Origin: Heteronotia binoei
Lineage: Eukaryota
Length of the DNA stretch: 64,000 nt
Assembly (NCBI RefSeq): GCF_032191835.1
Contig: NC_083237.1
Coordinates: 17,050,001-17,114,000, forward strand
Direction: 5' to 3'
The position numbers were made by a program, and so were the translations under genes. The notes beneath the pieces were generated by a model. That model was not told the DNA's origin and ran no database searches. It saw only the letters and a program-made list of their open reading frames with translations. Each line of letters begins with the position of its first letter. Within the stretch, counting starts at the first letter, position 1. Shown here piece by piece: positions 1 to 11,893 of this stretch.

Positions 1-185
1 ATAATACGTTTAGAAACTCATCAAGCCCAGCTCTCCACCAACTGCTGTTGTGGACAAGATTATACAATGAGCCCTCCAATCCTATATTTGCAAGAGAAAA
101 CTTGGGAGTGGAATTTAACAAAGTAATTATTTCTTGTGTTACCTTTAACTGCACTTTGATTGCTTAATAGGGAGTGAGGCACCAT

Positions 186-878
186 TAGGGTTGCAATCCC
201 CAGGTAGGGGCAGCAGATCCCCTGGTTTGGAGGTTCTCCCCCCGCTTTAGGGTCATCAGAAAGCGGGGGGAATGTCTACTGGGCACTCTATTATTCCCTA
301 TGAAGAACAATTCCCATAGGGAACGATGGAGAATTCAAGTTAAGTCAAGTTAGCCTTTATTGGCATAAAATATATAGATATATATATCAGAGCAAATTGG
401 TTAAAAAAGGATAAAATGGAACGATTGCATACATATACACCAGGAAAAGCATAAACATAAACTGTTTCTATGAGATCCTCTGACGTACCTTTAAAACAGA
501 ATGGAGAATTGATCCACTGGTATCTGGGGCTTGGGGATGGTGCTTTTTTGTGGTAGAAGCACCAAATTTGCAACATAGTATCTGATGCCTCTCCTTAAAA
601 CACCCTCCAAGTTTCAAAAGGATTGGACCAGGGGGTCCAATTCTATGAACCCCAAAACAAGGTACCCTTATCATTCATTATTTCCAATGGAGGAAAGGCA
701 TTTAAAAGGTGTGCTGTCACTTTAAATGTGATGGCCAGAACTCCCTTTGGAGTTCAATTCTGCTTGTTCCAACCTTGCTCCTGGCCCCACCCCCAGTGTC
801 TCCTGGTCCCACCCCCAAAGTCTCCTGGCTCCACCCCAAAGTCCCCAGATATTTCTTGATTTGGACTTGGCAACCCTA
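186..878. mobile_element. Non-autonomous DNA transposon (TAGGGTTGCCA-type TIR, hAT-Blackjack-like); other copies/fragments at ~24880-25048, ~39000-39562, ~46172-46691, ~57335-57840, ~62330-62500
   Basis: Starts tagggttgcaa, ends ttggcaacccta; internal repeated ctcctggctccacccc motifs recur in all copies. Confidence 0.7.
336..500 (-). mobile_element. 5'-truncated non-LTR retroelement 3' end nested in the MITE
   Basis: Flanked by 10-bp direct repeat atggagaatt (326-335, 501-510); the minus strand ends aataaaggctaacttgacttaacttg. Confidence 0.65.
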
Positions 879-1039
879 GGTACTGTTGATCAGGGACTCA
901 TCATATACACTCTCTCTGTCTCCGTCTCTCTCTCACACACACACACACAACTTTTTCACTTCCTAAATCATCCTTCCACTTGATTTTCACAACAATCTTC
1001 CACAACATTCCATTCTGCTGCTAATATTTCTTTACTAAA

Positions 1040-1191
1040 GGCTGCATTCACACGCACTAAATAACACATTTTCAATACACTTCCAATACACTTTGCAACT
1101 GGATTTTACTGTGTGAAATGGCAAAAATCCACTTGCAAATGGTTGCTGAAGTGGATTGAAACTGCATTATTTAGCATGTGTGAAAGAATCC
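1040..1191. mobile_element. Small palindromic MITE (Harbinger-like termini)
   Basis: ggctgcattcacac ... gtgtgaaagaatcc imperfect inverted termini with internal self-complementarity. Confidence 0.45.
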
Positions 1192-1288
1192 AGTGTCCAA
1201 TCTCAACACTAAAATCACTCAGAAAGAGCAACCATAGTTGGCAACTGTAGTACACGATGAGGGAACCCTTTTAGAAAGATGTCAATAC

Positions 1289-2233
1289 TCAGATTTTTGG
1301 TTCTAAATGATGTCTTCGCAGCACTTTGGCCGCTGCCCCATGGACGTCCTTGTTCCGCAGGGTATAAATGATGGGGTTGAGCAGCGGGGTGACCACCGTA
1401 TAGAACACAGCAATCCGTTTGTCATGATTGGACGGCGGGTTTGACCGGGGAATTAAGTACATAGAAATGACAGTACCATAGAACACCGTGACAACTACAA
1501 GATGGGAACCACATGTAGAGAAGGCTTTGCGCTGACTGGCGGCCGATCGCATCTTTAACACAGAGAAGAGTATGAGCCCATAGGAAGTCAGGACAACAAC
1601 AACAGGAATCACAAGGACAATGGCTGCCATCACAAAAACAATGGCCTGTGAGACGCGGGTGTCATCACAGGCGAGTTTCAGCACCACTGGCATCTCACAT
1701 ATGAAGTGGTTGATGCGGTTGGAGCCACAGTAGGAGTGGCGAAAGGTAACACATACATAGATCATGCTAAAAAGGATGCCTGCTGTCCAACAGGCCAAGG
1801 CAAGTTGCCACTGGCGATACTTGCTCATGGCAACGGGGTATGTCAGGGGACGAAAAATGGCCAAATACCGGTCATAGGCCATGATGCCCAGCAGAAAGCA
1901 TTCTGTAGTGCCCATAATCAATACAACAAAGACCTGGAGCGCACAGCCCGTGAAGGATATGATTCCATTTCCTGCCAGGAGGTGAGCCATCATCTGTGGC
2001 TCTGTGCTGGTGGCGTAGCAGATCTCTATGGTTGACAGGTTCACGAGGAAGAAGTACATGGGCGTGTGGAGGTGAGAGTCAGACAGGACAAGCATGATGA
2101 CCACAGCGTTTCCTACTATGGTAAGTATGTACGTGAGAAGGATAACCCCAAAGAGTAGCAGTTGTGTCTTGCGGTGGCTGGACAATCCGTCCAAGATGAA
2201 CTCTGTGGCAGAGGTGAAGTTCTCAGCCCCCAT
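1289..2233 (-). CDS. Olfactory receptor, class II (family 2/13-like), intact, 314 aa (OR-1)
   Basis: ORF with OR motifs GN (TM1), LHTPMYFFL, MAYDRYLAI, HFICE, KAFSTCGSHL, PLLNPIIYTLRNKDV. The ORF-track ATG at 2296 lies upstream of a splice acceptor (AG at 2248-2247), so the start is placed at MGAENFT (2233). Confidence 0.95.
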   Translation of the reverse strand: MGAENFTSATEFILDGLSSHRKTQLLLFGVILLTYILTIVGNAVVIMLVLSDSHLHTPMYFFLVNLSTIEICYATSTEPQMMAHLLAGNGIISFTGCALQVFVVLIMGTTECFLLGIMAYDRYLAIFRPLTYPVAMSKYRQWQLALACWTAGILFSMIYVCVTFRHSYCGSNRINHFICEMPVVLKLACDDTRVSQAIVFVMAAIVLVIPVVVVLTSYGLILFSVLKMRSAASQRKAFSTCGSHLVVVTVFYGTVISMYLIPRSNPPSNHDKRIAVFYTVVTPLLNPIIYTLRNKDVHGAAAKVLRRHHLEPKI

Positions 2234-2270
2234 CACGTTATCCTCTCTGCAAAGAAAGGGCAACTGTAAA
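2234..2270 (-). promoter_or_regulatory. Splice acceptor of OR coding exon (homologous sites at ~11907, ~18683, ~36352, ~43499)
   Basis: Polypyrimidine tract plus YAG/AAG 12-13 nt before the homologous Met in each gene, e.g. ccctttctttgcag|agaggataacgtgATG. Confidence 0.75.
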
Positions 2271-3737
2271 TACATGGCTGTAATGCTTTCTTGCACAGAA
2301 CAGTCCTAAAAGAAATGATCATTTCCTCTATGAAATAATAGAGCATCAGGGCATCAAACACAAACAAGGGCATCAAAATCAGTCAACTTGAAATGCTCTG
2401 TGGAAGCAGTTGCAAGATGTTCTGCTTCAGCCCTCAGTGTTCAGTCATCTGAGTAGACCATTTAAGGGCTGGGTTCAGATGGGAGGTTTAAGACACCCCA
2501 GGGATGGCAGGAGAGTGCCCCCCAAAAGCACATCCAAATGTGCACATCTGCCTGCTATCTCACTCCCATCCTCAACCTGCCCTCGACTTACTGGGAGCCA
2601 GCTCTAAAAGGTACCACTTTGCAATGTACCACTAATTGCTGGGAGGCCTCCGAGGTGCCACCCTGACTGTCTGGACTGCTGGTGAGTGCCCAGAAAGTGC
2701 CTGTGGAGCTGTGGCATGAATGCTCTGAACATTCCCTCAGGACACTTGTGGCCTGTCCCTGTCCGTAGGCCATCTGGACACTCCGGGGTGCTCCAGTTTC
2801 TGCTGGCTCACTTCCAGGTTTCTGCTCCGGTTTCTGCCCTGACTCACTTCCAGGGCAGTGCCCTGAACCTTTGAAAGAGGAAAAAAGAAGCCAGGCCTTG
2901 GATTCAACAGGAGCTCACAAGAGTACAGCTCCTGAACCTTTCTGAGGGTTCCCCTTCCCTCCCCCCATCTTGTCCATTGAATAGTAGGTGCAGCTGCATA
3001 GCAATCCCTGGATGAGCTCCACCACCTATTTTTTCTACCAAACAACCTCTGCCAAGGGCCATATTTTTTAAAAGGATGGGAGAGGGAATCCACCTCCCAT
3101 AACAATGTTTGTCTCAACAGCAGCAGATGTACCTTGCGTGGAGGGAGGAAACGCAGAGGGAAAAGTTTTTAAGCTCTTTCCCTGCCCCCCATCATTATCT
3201 CCCTGTATATTTCAGTCCCAATTCCTGCAATCTATAACAGGTCCTTTAAAGTTATCAAGAATGGCATCTCATGTGCAGTCCCACCCTTAGAGATGAGATT
3301 GATTTGTTATTTGTCTAGAGAGGTGCCTTTAATGGCTGCTGTAGAAAGAGAATCACTGTTGCCAACTGTTCGAATGAATGCATGCTCCTCTGCCATGAAT
3401 AACATCTGGGTACAGGTGACTCCGAAGGTCACCCCATGGATTATAGGAGCCACATTTGCTCTACATTTGCAGATCATGCATGCTTAAAGCACATGTAGTG
3501 GCTAACAATCAGCCGGTGGTGATGACATGGGGGGTGGCATTGCATTGACAGCATGACATCATTTCTGGGCTAACATTCTAGGGATCAGGAGAAACTCTGT
3601 GGTTTTACTGGCAACTCTAGGAGAACAGCACTTATTTTTGTTTTCAGACTACAATTTGAGATAGTTTAAAATGTATAACTTCTTTTCTTGCTAATTTGTC
3701 TTGACATCTATTTATTTAAAGCTATTAAATAAGTGTC

Positions 3738-3915
3738 CCAGACTAGTTCGATCTTGTCAGATCTCAAAAGCTAAGCGTGGTCAGCCCTGGTTAGTACATG
3801 GATGGGAGACCACCAAGGAAGTCCAAAAACACTACGCAGAAGAAGCAGGCCACGACAAATCACCTCTGTTCATCTCTTGCCTTGAAAACCTCACCAAGTT
3901 GCCATAGGTCGGCTA
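3738..3915 (+). mobile_element. 5S rRNA-derived SINE (5S-Sauria-like); other copies at ~23512-23610 (-), ~36950-37125, ~44098-44270, ~51478-51625 (+)
   Basis: Head resembles 5S rRNA (gatcttgtcagatctcaaaagctaagc...ctggttagtacatggatgggagacc); tail resembles the Sauria-SINE ggcaatggcaaaccac segment. Confidence 0.65.
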
Positions 3916-4984
3916 AGACAGGATGTAACCTTTCCTCACTCCCTTCCCTGTTTAAAAACAGCAGAGTCAAACACGTTACTTGTCGAAACCCATTCCCATT
4001 TTTCCCCCTGTGAAGTTTCCTCAAAAAGGGGGGGAAGAGGCATGCCTTCTTTGCAAGATATTCTGTTTTAAACCAAGCAAATGACCACAGTCTTGAGTTG
4101 CCGATAATGGGGGGAGGGGGGGAGTCTAAATAGAATGTGATTTATCAGGTGATGCTATTCACCCCCATGGCATCAAAAACTTTTGTGGCCTATTTCCGCA
4201 CCTTAAGCCTTTGTTAAAAGGGCAAGGCATTTCCCACCCACCCCCAGGTTGTTGACAACTCTTCCGCATGCATTTTCTAGGCACCTATACTATATCTGCA
4301 GGGTTTTAAAAAAGTACACAAGCACATGAATCTCAAATTCATACCGAATCAGAACATTGGTCCTTCAGGTTCAGTACTGTTTACTTAGACTAGCAACAGT
4401 TCCCCAAAATCTCAAGGTCTTCACATCATTTACAACTTGGTCTTTTACTAGAGATGCTGGGGATTGAACCTGGGACCCTTTGCATGCTAAGCAGATACTC
4501 TACTATTGAGCCATAACTCCTCTGCTCCAAAGCCTCTAATCCCTTTACTAACAGAAATGTAAAGTTTGCAAGTGGTGCTTTTTTCAGTTGCTTAAGTAAG
4601 AATCTTCTTTTCACTTAGTAATGTTCAGGACAATTAGTGTATCATCAGTGGGAAGATGGACATTCACATAAATGAATCTCAAGTTGTATTTTTAGAAGTG
4701 TATCATTATTTCAGGAAGGAATTGACATTGAATCGAGTGAAAAACCCATTTGGGCACATGATTGTCAATTCGATTACATTTCTGTTATTCTAACTTTGGC
4801 TAGATGTAAGCCCTTCTTTATGTGGGCTGAAGTCCATTTATTAAAAATATCTGTACATTTAACCAATTAATAAGAGAACAAAAGCAGACCCAGGGCCACA
4901 AGTATATGGCTAGTATATTTTTGAGGATTACTGGGGAGAAGATGAAGATTAGATTATGTTTGTCAATATGGAATTCAGATTCTC

Positions 4985-5015
<31 letters not shown>

Positions 5016-6759
5016 AAGAGACAGAGAAAGAGACAGAGAGAAACAGAAAGAGAGAGTCCAATGACAAAGAACACATTCAATTCCTTCCTGAAATAATGGC
5101 ACACTTTTAAAAACACAACTTGAGATTCATTTATGTGAATGTCAGTCTTCCCACTGATGTTGCACTCCATTGTCCAGAACATTAGTGAGAACAGGATTCT
5201 TACTAAGCACAAGTATAAGGCTTAGTGTCAAAATCACAAAAAAGAGACAGTGATGTGCAGTGGTTAGAACTGGATAAAGGCTATGGTCACAGTCATGAAG
5301 TTCCTTGATTGACCATAGGGAGCTGACTTCTCTCAGCCTGACTTAGGTCATGGGGTTGGCTGTGTTGACAACAGTGAGGAGGTGAAAACCATCTAGGTAA
5401 CCCTGAAATCCTTTTAGGAAGGGCGGGATAAAAATGTGATGGATATTAAGCATTTGAACATAAGGAAGCTGATTACACAATTCCCTACTTAGAGAATGCC
5501 GTCTACTGAGGAGGAGGGACAGGAAGTTGGGATTAGGCAAGGATTCCATTTCAGGGAAGGTTGCTAAAATAGCAATTACTGAGACCTGTTGTCAGCATAG
5601 CAAGGTGTGCAGAAGGCAAAAGTAATTAAAAGGGACCTGTTCTCACTCAGGGCCCCTCTAAAGACCGAGCTGGAAGAATGAACAAAATCCCATTCACTTG
5701 TAAATTCATAACTGATAGAAACAGGCAGACTTTCAAGGCAGAAATCAGGGCATACACAGAAGTGTGAATATTGGTATTAGAAATCAAATTTTTCAAGCTA
5801 GAAAGTGCTCACCATTTTAGTGACTCAAGTGAGAGAGAAACAATACAGTCAGAAAGGCTGAGTAGTGTGATCTAGCAAGCAAAGGAGCTCTCTCTCTCTC
5901 ACACACACACACACATACACACACACAGAGAATCTGAATTCCATACTGACAAACTTAATCTTACCTTCCTCTTCACCACGGTAATCCTCAAAAAATTATT
6001 TCAAGAAATGACTCGGGTTTATGCATAAAAGCTCAGTGAATTTCCTTTGACTTTCTAATGCAAAAAGCTGCAAAAAGCACAATAAAGTTCTTTTGGGGCT
6101 CTGCATAGATTCAACAGAAAGCTTATACCTTTTGTGTGCTGGTCAGAGTTAGAGAACTCCTCCTTCCTCTTCTCGAAAAGTTATCTGTAGCAAGATATAG
6201 GTACCCTCATGCCTATTGTCTCCAGTAGAAGGGCAGAGAAACATCTAGGAATTCTTAGATGCCAAGTATCAAGGGCAGAAGATAGTTAAATCTTTGGATA
6301 TACACACACCTCCAAGGAAAAACATGGAGTGTGTATGTTACTTTTGACTAGTTTGATGCTGTGGGCTATTAGAAGAAGAGGGAGGAATTAAAGATATCTA
6401 AGAATTTCCACCACCTCTTTGGAGGACTTCTTTTATATTCCATCCAGACTAGTGGTTTATCTCTCCCAGTATTCTGTCTTTTGAGGGACAGCACCTCAAC
6501 AAGGCCAAATGCAGATTTCTTCTGATATATCTTAGATACTTCCAGTGGGCACACTTGGGACATTGATCAGGTAAAGCACGAATACTAGTACCGATACACA
6601 GTTTCAGAACCATCTTAACAGGTGCTCCTCCAACCAATGTGTAAGGACTTTTAAGGTGATAGTCAGCATAACTCAGCTTCTGCCCCTCTCTGCTTCTTCT
6701 CGGGGTTAGGAGACATGTCCTAACTGATGCTGAAATGGCTTCCTTTGTGAGGTGTGAAA

Positions 6760-7000
6760 GATTGACAGTTTGGGTAAGGTAATAAAGACTATGGTTGTGT
6801 CCCACAAGAATTGCTCTGATCCCATTGCTCCTTTTTGATGGATCATTAATATCTGTTGTTGGTTATTTCAGCCTCTTGGGTCTGAAGCATTTAACCTAGC
6901 AGTATGAGGGGGGAATTACATTTTAGCTTACCCTCAAAGAGAAGGAAGGCAACCATAAAGCGCAAGTTGCAAACACCTTGTTTGTGCTTACGTGATGGCA
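6760..7000 (-). promoter_or_regulatory. Conserved OR upstream block (candidate promoter/first exon) of OR-1; homologs at ~15000-15115, ~23075-23290, ~38305-38400, ~45445-45545
   Basis: Alignable motif series aag(g/a)taataaa ... t(c/t)cca(c/g)a(a/g)gg ... ctgct(c/g)tg ... ggatc(c)attaat ... tgttg, one copy upstream of each of the five OR CDSs. Confidence 0.6.
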
Positions 7001-7069
7001 GCTGATAATTTTTTTCAATTTCTTGTCTAGCAACATGAATGGTGGAAAAATATGATTGATATTTAGGTG

Positions 7070-7365
7070 ACCGTACTTATCGGTACCAAGCCCTATGGCA
7101 CAGAGTGGTAAAGCTGCAGTACTGCAGTCCAAACTCTCTGCTCACGACCTGAGTTCGATCCCAGCAGAAGCTGGGTTTTCAGGTAGTCAGCTCAAGGTTG
7201 ACTCAGCCTTCCATTCTTCCGAGGTCAGTAAAATGAGGACCCAGCTTGTGGGGGGGGGGTAAGTACAGATGACTGGGGAAGGCAATGGCAAACCACCCTG
7301 TAAAAAGTCTGCCGTGAAAATGTTGTGATGTGACATCACCCCAGTTGAAACTACCTTTACCTTTT
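7070..7365 (+). mobile_element. Sauria-type SINE; other copies at 50338-50646 (-), 51693-51991 (-), 51993-52100 (+, 3' half), ~55160-55450 (-)
   Basis: tRNA-like head (gagttcgatccc), gttgactcagccttccat core, ggcaatggcaaaccacc and (ACCTTT)-type tail. Confidence 0.85.
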
Positions 7366-7377
7366 TACTTATCAGTA

Positions 7378-7670
7378 TGGCATAAGAACATAAGAGAAGT
7401 CATGTTGGAGCAGGCCAATGGCCCATCCAGTCCAACACTCTGTGTCACACAGTGGCCAAAAAACCCCCAGATGCCATCAGGAAGTCCATTAGTGGGGCCA
7501 GGTCCCTAGAAGCCCTCCCACTGCCCCCCCCCCACCGCAAGCACCAAGGATATAGAGCATCTCTTGCCCCAGACAGAGAGTTCCATCTACACCCTGTGGC
7601 TAATAGCTACTGATGGACCTCTGTTCCATATGTTTATCCAATCTCCTCTTGAAGCTGTCTATGTTTGTCA
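7378..7670 (-). mobile_element. CR1 LINE 3' end; other fragments at ~15452-15690, ~27060-27180, ~41110-41235 (all -) and ~59300-59495 (+)
   Basis: cataagaacataaga (octamer-repeat tail) plus ccatccagtccaac stem typical of CR1 3' UTRs. Confidence 0.75.
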
Positions 7671-8586
7671 CTTCAGAGAGCACAGCTTTAAGTCTGGACA
7701 CAGAAAACAATGAGCACCCAAGCCCAGTCAGTGGAACTGGAAAGCTTCCCACATGTGAGACGCAGGATAAACAGACATGGAGAGACCAGTGCGTGTAAGG
7801 TAGACCTTGTAGGTAGGCCACAATGAAGGGAAACTACAATCTTTCAACTCTGAGTTATGGCAGGAGCGTACCCTCATCCAGGGTACAATATGAAGAATTG
7901 CAGGTTTATACCCCACCCTTCTCTCTGAATCAGAGACACAGAGTGGCTTACAATCTCCTATATCTTCTCCCCCCACAACAGACACCCTGTGAGGTAGGTG
8001 GGGCTGAGAGGGTTCTCACAGCAGCTGCCCTTTCAAGGACAACCTCTGCCAGAGCTATGGCTAACCCAAGGCCATTCCAGCAGGTGCAAATGGAGGAGTG
8101 GGGAATCAAACCCGGTTCTCCCAGGTAAGAGTCCTCACAGTTAACCACTACACCAAACAGGCTCACCAAATATGGCCCTGTACCCAGCACCATTTTCTGG
8201 TTTTCAAACTCAAAATTCCATGTTGCTTCCTAGGAGGGGTTGGATTCTACTGGCTGAGGAGCAACCGCCTCACCAAAGTCCCTCTGAATCCTCAGCAGCG
8301 CTTAGCTCCTCTTCTATTCACCTCAGATGGAGTTCTGTCAAGTGGGACTTTTTAGAAACTTCCCACATATGGCCTTTCTTTATAGACCCGCCTTGGCCTT
8401 CTGACATCTCTTCTGGGTCATTCAGATTTATTTCTCATTCATTCTCTTTCAGAAGCTGTTCCAGGTGGCTGTGTAAGAAAGCTGTGCCTATCAAGCACTC
8501 CATATTTTATTTGTCACTTATATTCTCTGAAGTGACCCACTTCTGGTCTTGCCTTATCCACCTCAAAAAGAATCCTGCCTTGGGGA

Positions 8587-8705
8587 CAGGGCCAGCCCTG
8601 CCACTAGGGCGCTGGCCTTCTGGGGGAGCTGAATCGGGGCCTCCCATGTGACTCACTGATGTTTTCATGTGTGGGGGGGTGCCAGGCAGTCTAGGGTCAG
8701 CCCTG
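8587..8705. mobile_element. hAT MITE (CAGGGC TIR)
   Basis: cagggccagccct ... agggtcagccctg; 8-bp flanks cttgggga/ctcaggga (6/8). Confidence 0.55.
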
Positions 8706-10948
8706 CTCAGGGATGCTCGGGAATGAGAGCCAGTTTGGTGTAGCGGTTAAGTCCGTGAACTTGTATCAGGGAGAACCAGGTTTGATTCCTCCATTTACAG
8801 CTCCTGGAATGGCCTTGGGTCAGCCATAACTATTGCAGGAGTTGTCCTTGAAAGGGCAGCTGCAGTGAGAGCCCTCTCAGCCCCACCCACCTCACAGGGT
8901 GTCTGTTGGGGAAGAAGATATAGGAGATTGTAAGCCGCTCTGAGAGAAGGGTGGAGTATAAATCTGCAGTCTTCTTCTTCTTCTAATACCTCCTAACTCA
9001 GGTCATGATCTGTTCACTGGTAATGAATGTGGAGTCAGTTTGATTATCGCCAGAGTTCTTTCACACATATTGTGTGGTTCTCAAAGCCCCCACTATCCCA
9101 TCGGCTGGCTTGAAGAAGACATTTGTCTCTTTAAATCACTTCTCCTAGCCAAGCTAACCGGCAGCTTGGAGAATGAATTTAAAGTTAAAGTTGCTTTCTT
9201 TCCATGTCTCCCTCCCTCCCCATCTGTTTTCTTTCTTTCCACCATTCTTTCCTTCCTACCTGCTCTCAACCATCTGACATTCATGTATTGCAGCTCTCAA
9301 ATGCCTGACGTTTATTCTATGTGGGTGTTACGTTAAACAAGTTTGTCCACCCCTGGTCTATTGGTTTCCTGCTTGCAAGCGGCTGCAACACAGTTGGGCA
9401 GGGGTGCAATAGATTACACTGTCCACTCAGCTGATGGTGGGGGGGGAGGTTGGTCAACTGTAGAACATGTTTGCCCTCCCCAGTCAAAAGAAAAAGATGG
9501 ACACAAGGTTGGGATGAATATAGGCCACTTTATTCATTATTATAATTTATTTAATGATTTGCCCATGCAAGTGGCGAAGGCCAACCTAATTGTGTGGTCA
9601 CCCTTGACCCTTCCCTTGCCCCACAGAGTGAGCCACTTTGCCCTGGCATGTGCCATCCTTCTGTGGCTCAGACCTGGCTGGCATAGCAGGCTACCCCTTG
9701 GAGCTCCAGTCCCCCAAGCTGCACAACTTGAGAGGAGGACCTCTCTGGGGCGGTACCACCAGCAGTCTGCGTTCACCCACCCCAAGCCGCACAACCCACG
9801 GCTGATCCTGACAGACCCCTCGTCTCCCGAGTTGTGGGGGTGTCAAATGGTGATCCTCTTTCTTTCTTTTTCTTTTTCCCTGAACAAACTGGCCAAGTGA
9901 CCAGATCTATTTAAATGACACCACCAAATTTAATTATCCAACACCGCAGACAGCAGCGCAGACGATGTCCTTTTCTAATAGTTAAAGATCGGCATTCCTT
10001 ACTGGTGGTGGGGAGAGGACAGCTGTCTGAAAGATATTTCAGATATATCACTGGAACTTTTTTTGAGCAGGAATGCACAGGAACCCAGTTTCGGCTGGCT
10101 TGGAATCGGGTGTTGCCTAATATGCAAATGAATTCCTGCTGGGCTTTTTCTACAAAAAAACCCCTGGCTTAGAACCATGCAAGGTCTGAAGGAGGAAGCC
10201 AAGGATGATAAACCAGCTCTGACTTCCAGCAAAGAAGAGAGTGGATCTAGGGGAAAGGAAGTGCTCTCCCCTAAGAACAAGCTGGTGCTCCACACCATCT
10301 GAGCTCCATTGGAGGGCACTTCAATCAAAGTGGACCCTAGTTTACAATAGCTCTGGTACCCAACAATATTCTCTGTTGATCTTTCGATAGGGATCTTTAG
10401 ATCTTGCCATTTCCTGCATTGATACACAGACTGCTTTTGCAGAAAAAGCATATTCCATAAACAGATCCTCCAAACAGATGCTTGCCAGCTGAAGTTTTGG
10501 AAACGGGATTTTAGCAGAGGCAAACAGATTCTGTATGCCACATAGCTAGACATTAATTATTGCATGATATTGATTCCCTGATCAATTGAAGTATCATAAA
10601 GTATCAAGCAAATCCAAAGCAAATCAAAAAGTACCAAGCAAAATAAATTCATAAAATATCAAGCATAAAGTATGAAACAAAGATCACAAAGTATCAATCA
10701 AATCCAAACAATCCAAAGCAAATCCAAATAATTAGAAATCTAATGACAAAAGAATAATTCTTTCCCTTTTAAATCCGCCTCTTAATAACATTATCGTAAT
10801 AACCTTCTCCAAACCCACATCTACAGTTTTGATTCATTTATTTGGGCTAAAACTTCAGCTGCCATTTCCAAACCCAACATTCAAATTGCCCCAAGTAACT
10901 AGTACCCTTTGTGCAATATCAGGGGGTCCATCAGGTAGATGTACACCC

Positions 10949-11893
10949 TCAGCTTTTTCCTCCAAGGTTTCGTCTCCACAGCACTTTGCTTACTGCTCCG
11001 TGGACATCCTTGTTCCGCAGGGTGTAAATAATTGGGTTGAGCAGAGGGGTGACCATGATGTAAAACACAGCAATCTGTTTGTCACGATTTGAAGATGTGC
11101 TCGACCGAGGAACCATGTACATTGAAATGACAGTGCCATAGAAAACAGTAACGACCATGAGATGGGAAGCGCACGTGGAGAAGGCTTTACGCTGTCCGGA
11201 GGCTGAGCGCATTTTTAACACAGAAAACAGGATGAGTCCGTAGGAGGTCATGATAAGAGAAATGGGAATCATGAGGCCCAGCCCTGCCATCACTGATATG
11301 ATAGTCTGTGTGACGTGGGTGTTGTCACATGCCAGTTTCAACACCAAGGGCATGTCGCAGATAAAGTGATCAATGTAGTTGGGACCGCAGTACGAGTGAC
11401 TAAAGGTGCAACAGATGTATGTCAGACTGAAAAGGAAGGCTGACACCCAGCATGCACAAGCAAGCTTCCATTGGCAGCACTTGCTCATGGTGACGGCGTA
11501 CAGGAGAGGATGGAAAATGGCCAGATAGCGGTCATAGGCCATGATTCCCAGCAGAAAGTTTTCAGCAGTGCCCATAAACAATACGACAAATATCTGGGCC
11601 ACACAGCTGGCGAAGGACAGGATTCCTTTCCCATCCCAGAGGTGAGTCAGCATCTGTGGCTCCGTGCTGGTGGCGTAACAGATCTCGGCGCCTGAGAGGT
11701 GTGCGAGGAAGAAGTACATGGGGGTGTGGAGGCGGGAGTCAGACCGCACCAGCAGGATGACCACTAGATTCCCCACGATGGTCAATGAGTAGATCAGAAG
11801 AATGGCCCCAAAGAGGAGCACCTGTGTCTTGCGGTGTTTGGACAATCCTTCCAAGGTGAACTCCATGACAAAAGTGAAATTCTCAGCCCCCAT
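10949..11893 (-). CDS. Olfactory receptor, class II, intact, 314 aa (OR-2)
   Basis: Full ORF with LHTPMYFFL, MAYDRYLAI, KAFSTCASHL, NPIIYTLRNKDV; N-glycosylation site NFT at the N-terminus; acceptor AG at 11908-11907. Confidence 0.96.
   Translation of the reverse strand: MGAENFTFVMEFTLEGLSKHRKTQVLLFGAILLIYSLTIVGNLVVILLVRSDSRLHTPMYFFLAHLSGAEICYATSTEPQMLTHLWDGKGILSFASCVAQIFVVLFMGTAENFLLGIMAYDRYLAIFHPLLYAVTMSKCCQWKLACACWVSAFLFSLTYICCTFSHSYCGPNYIDHFICDMPLVLKLACDNTHVTQTIISVMAGLGLMIPISLIMTSYGLILFSVLKMRSASGQRKAFSTCASHLMVVTVFYGTVISMYMVPRSSTSSNRDKQIAVFYIMVTPLLNPIIYTLRNKDVHGAVSKVLWRRNLGGKS

Noticed and set aside
1706-2035. Plus-strand ORFs overlapping each OR (also 11471, 35811, 42907)
   Set aside because: Antisense shadows of OR codon structure; no independent evidence.
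2234-2296. In-frame N-terminal extensions of OR-1, OR-3 and OR-4 in the ORF track
   Set aside because: They run through the splice acceptor into intron sequence and are not conserved among paralogs.
3738-3810. 5S rRNA-like sequence
   Set aside because: Partial, diverged and fused to a SINE tail; not an rRNA gene.
9999-10553. 184-codon minus-strand ORF and neighbouring degenerate aaagtatcaagcaaatcc repeats (10580-10730)
   Set aside because: No recognisable domain in any frame and the start lies in low-complexity DNA. It could be a decayed TE or retrocopy but needs a database search.
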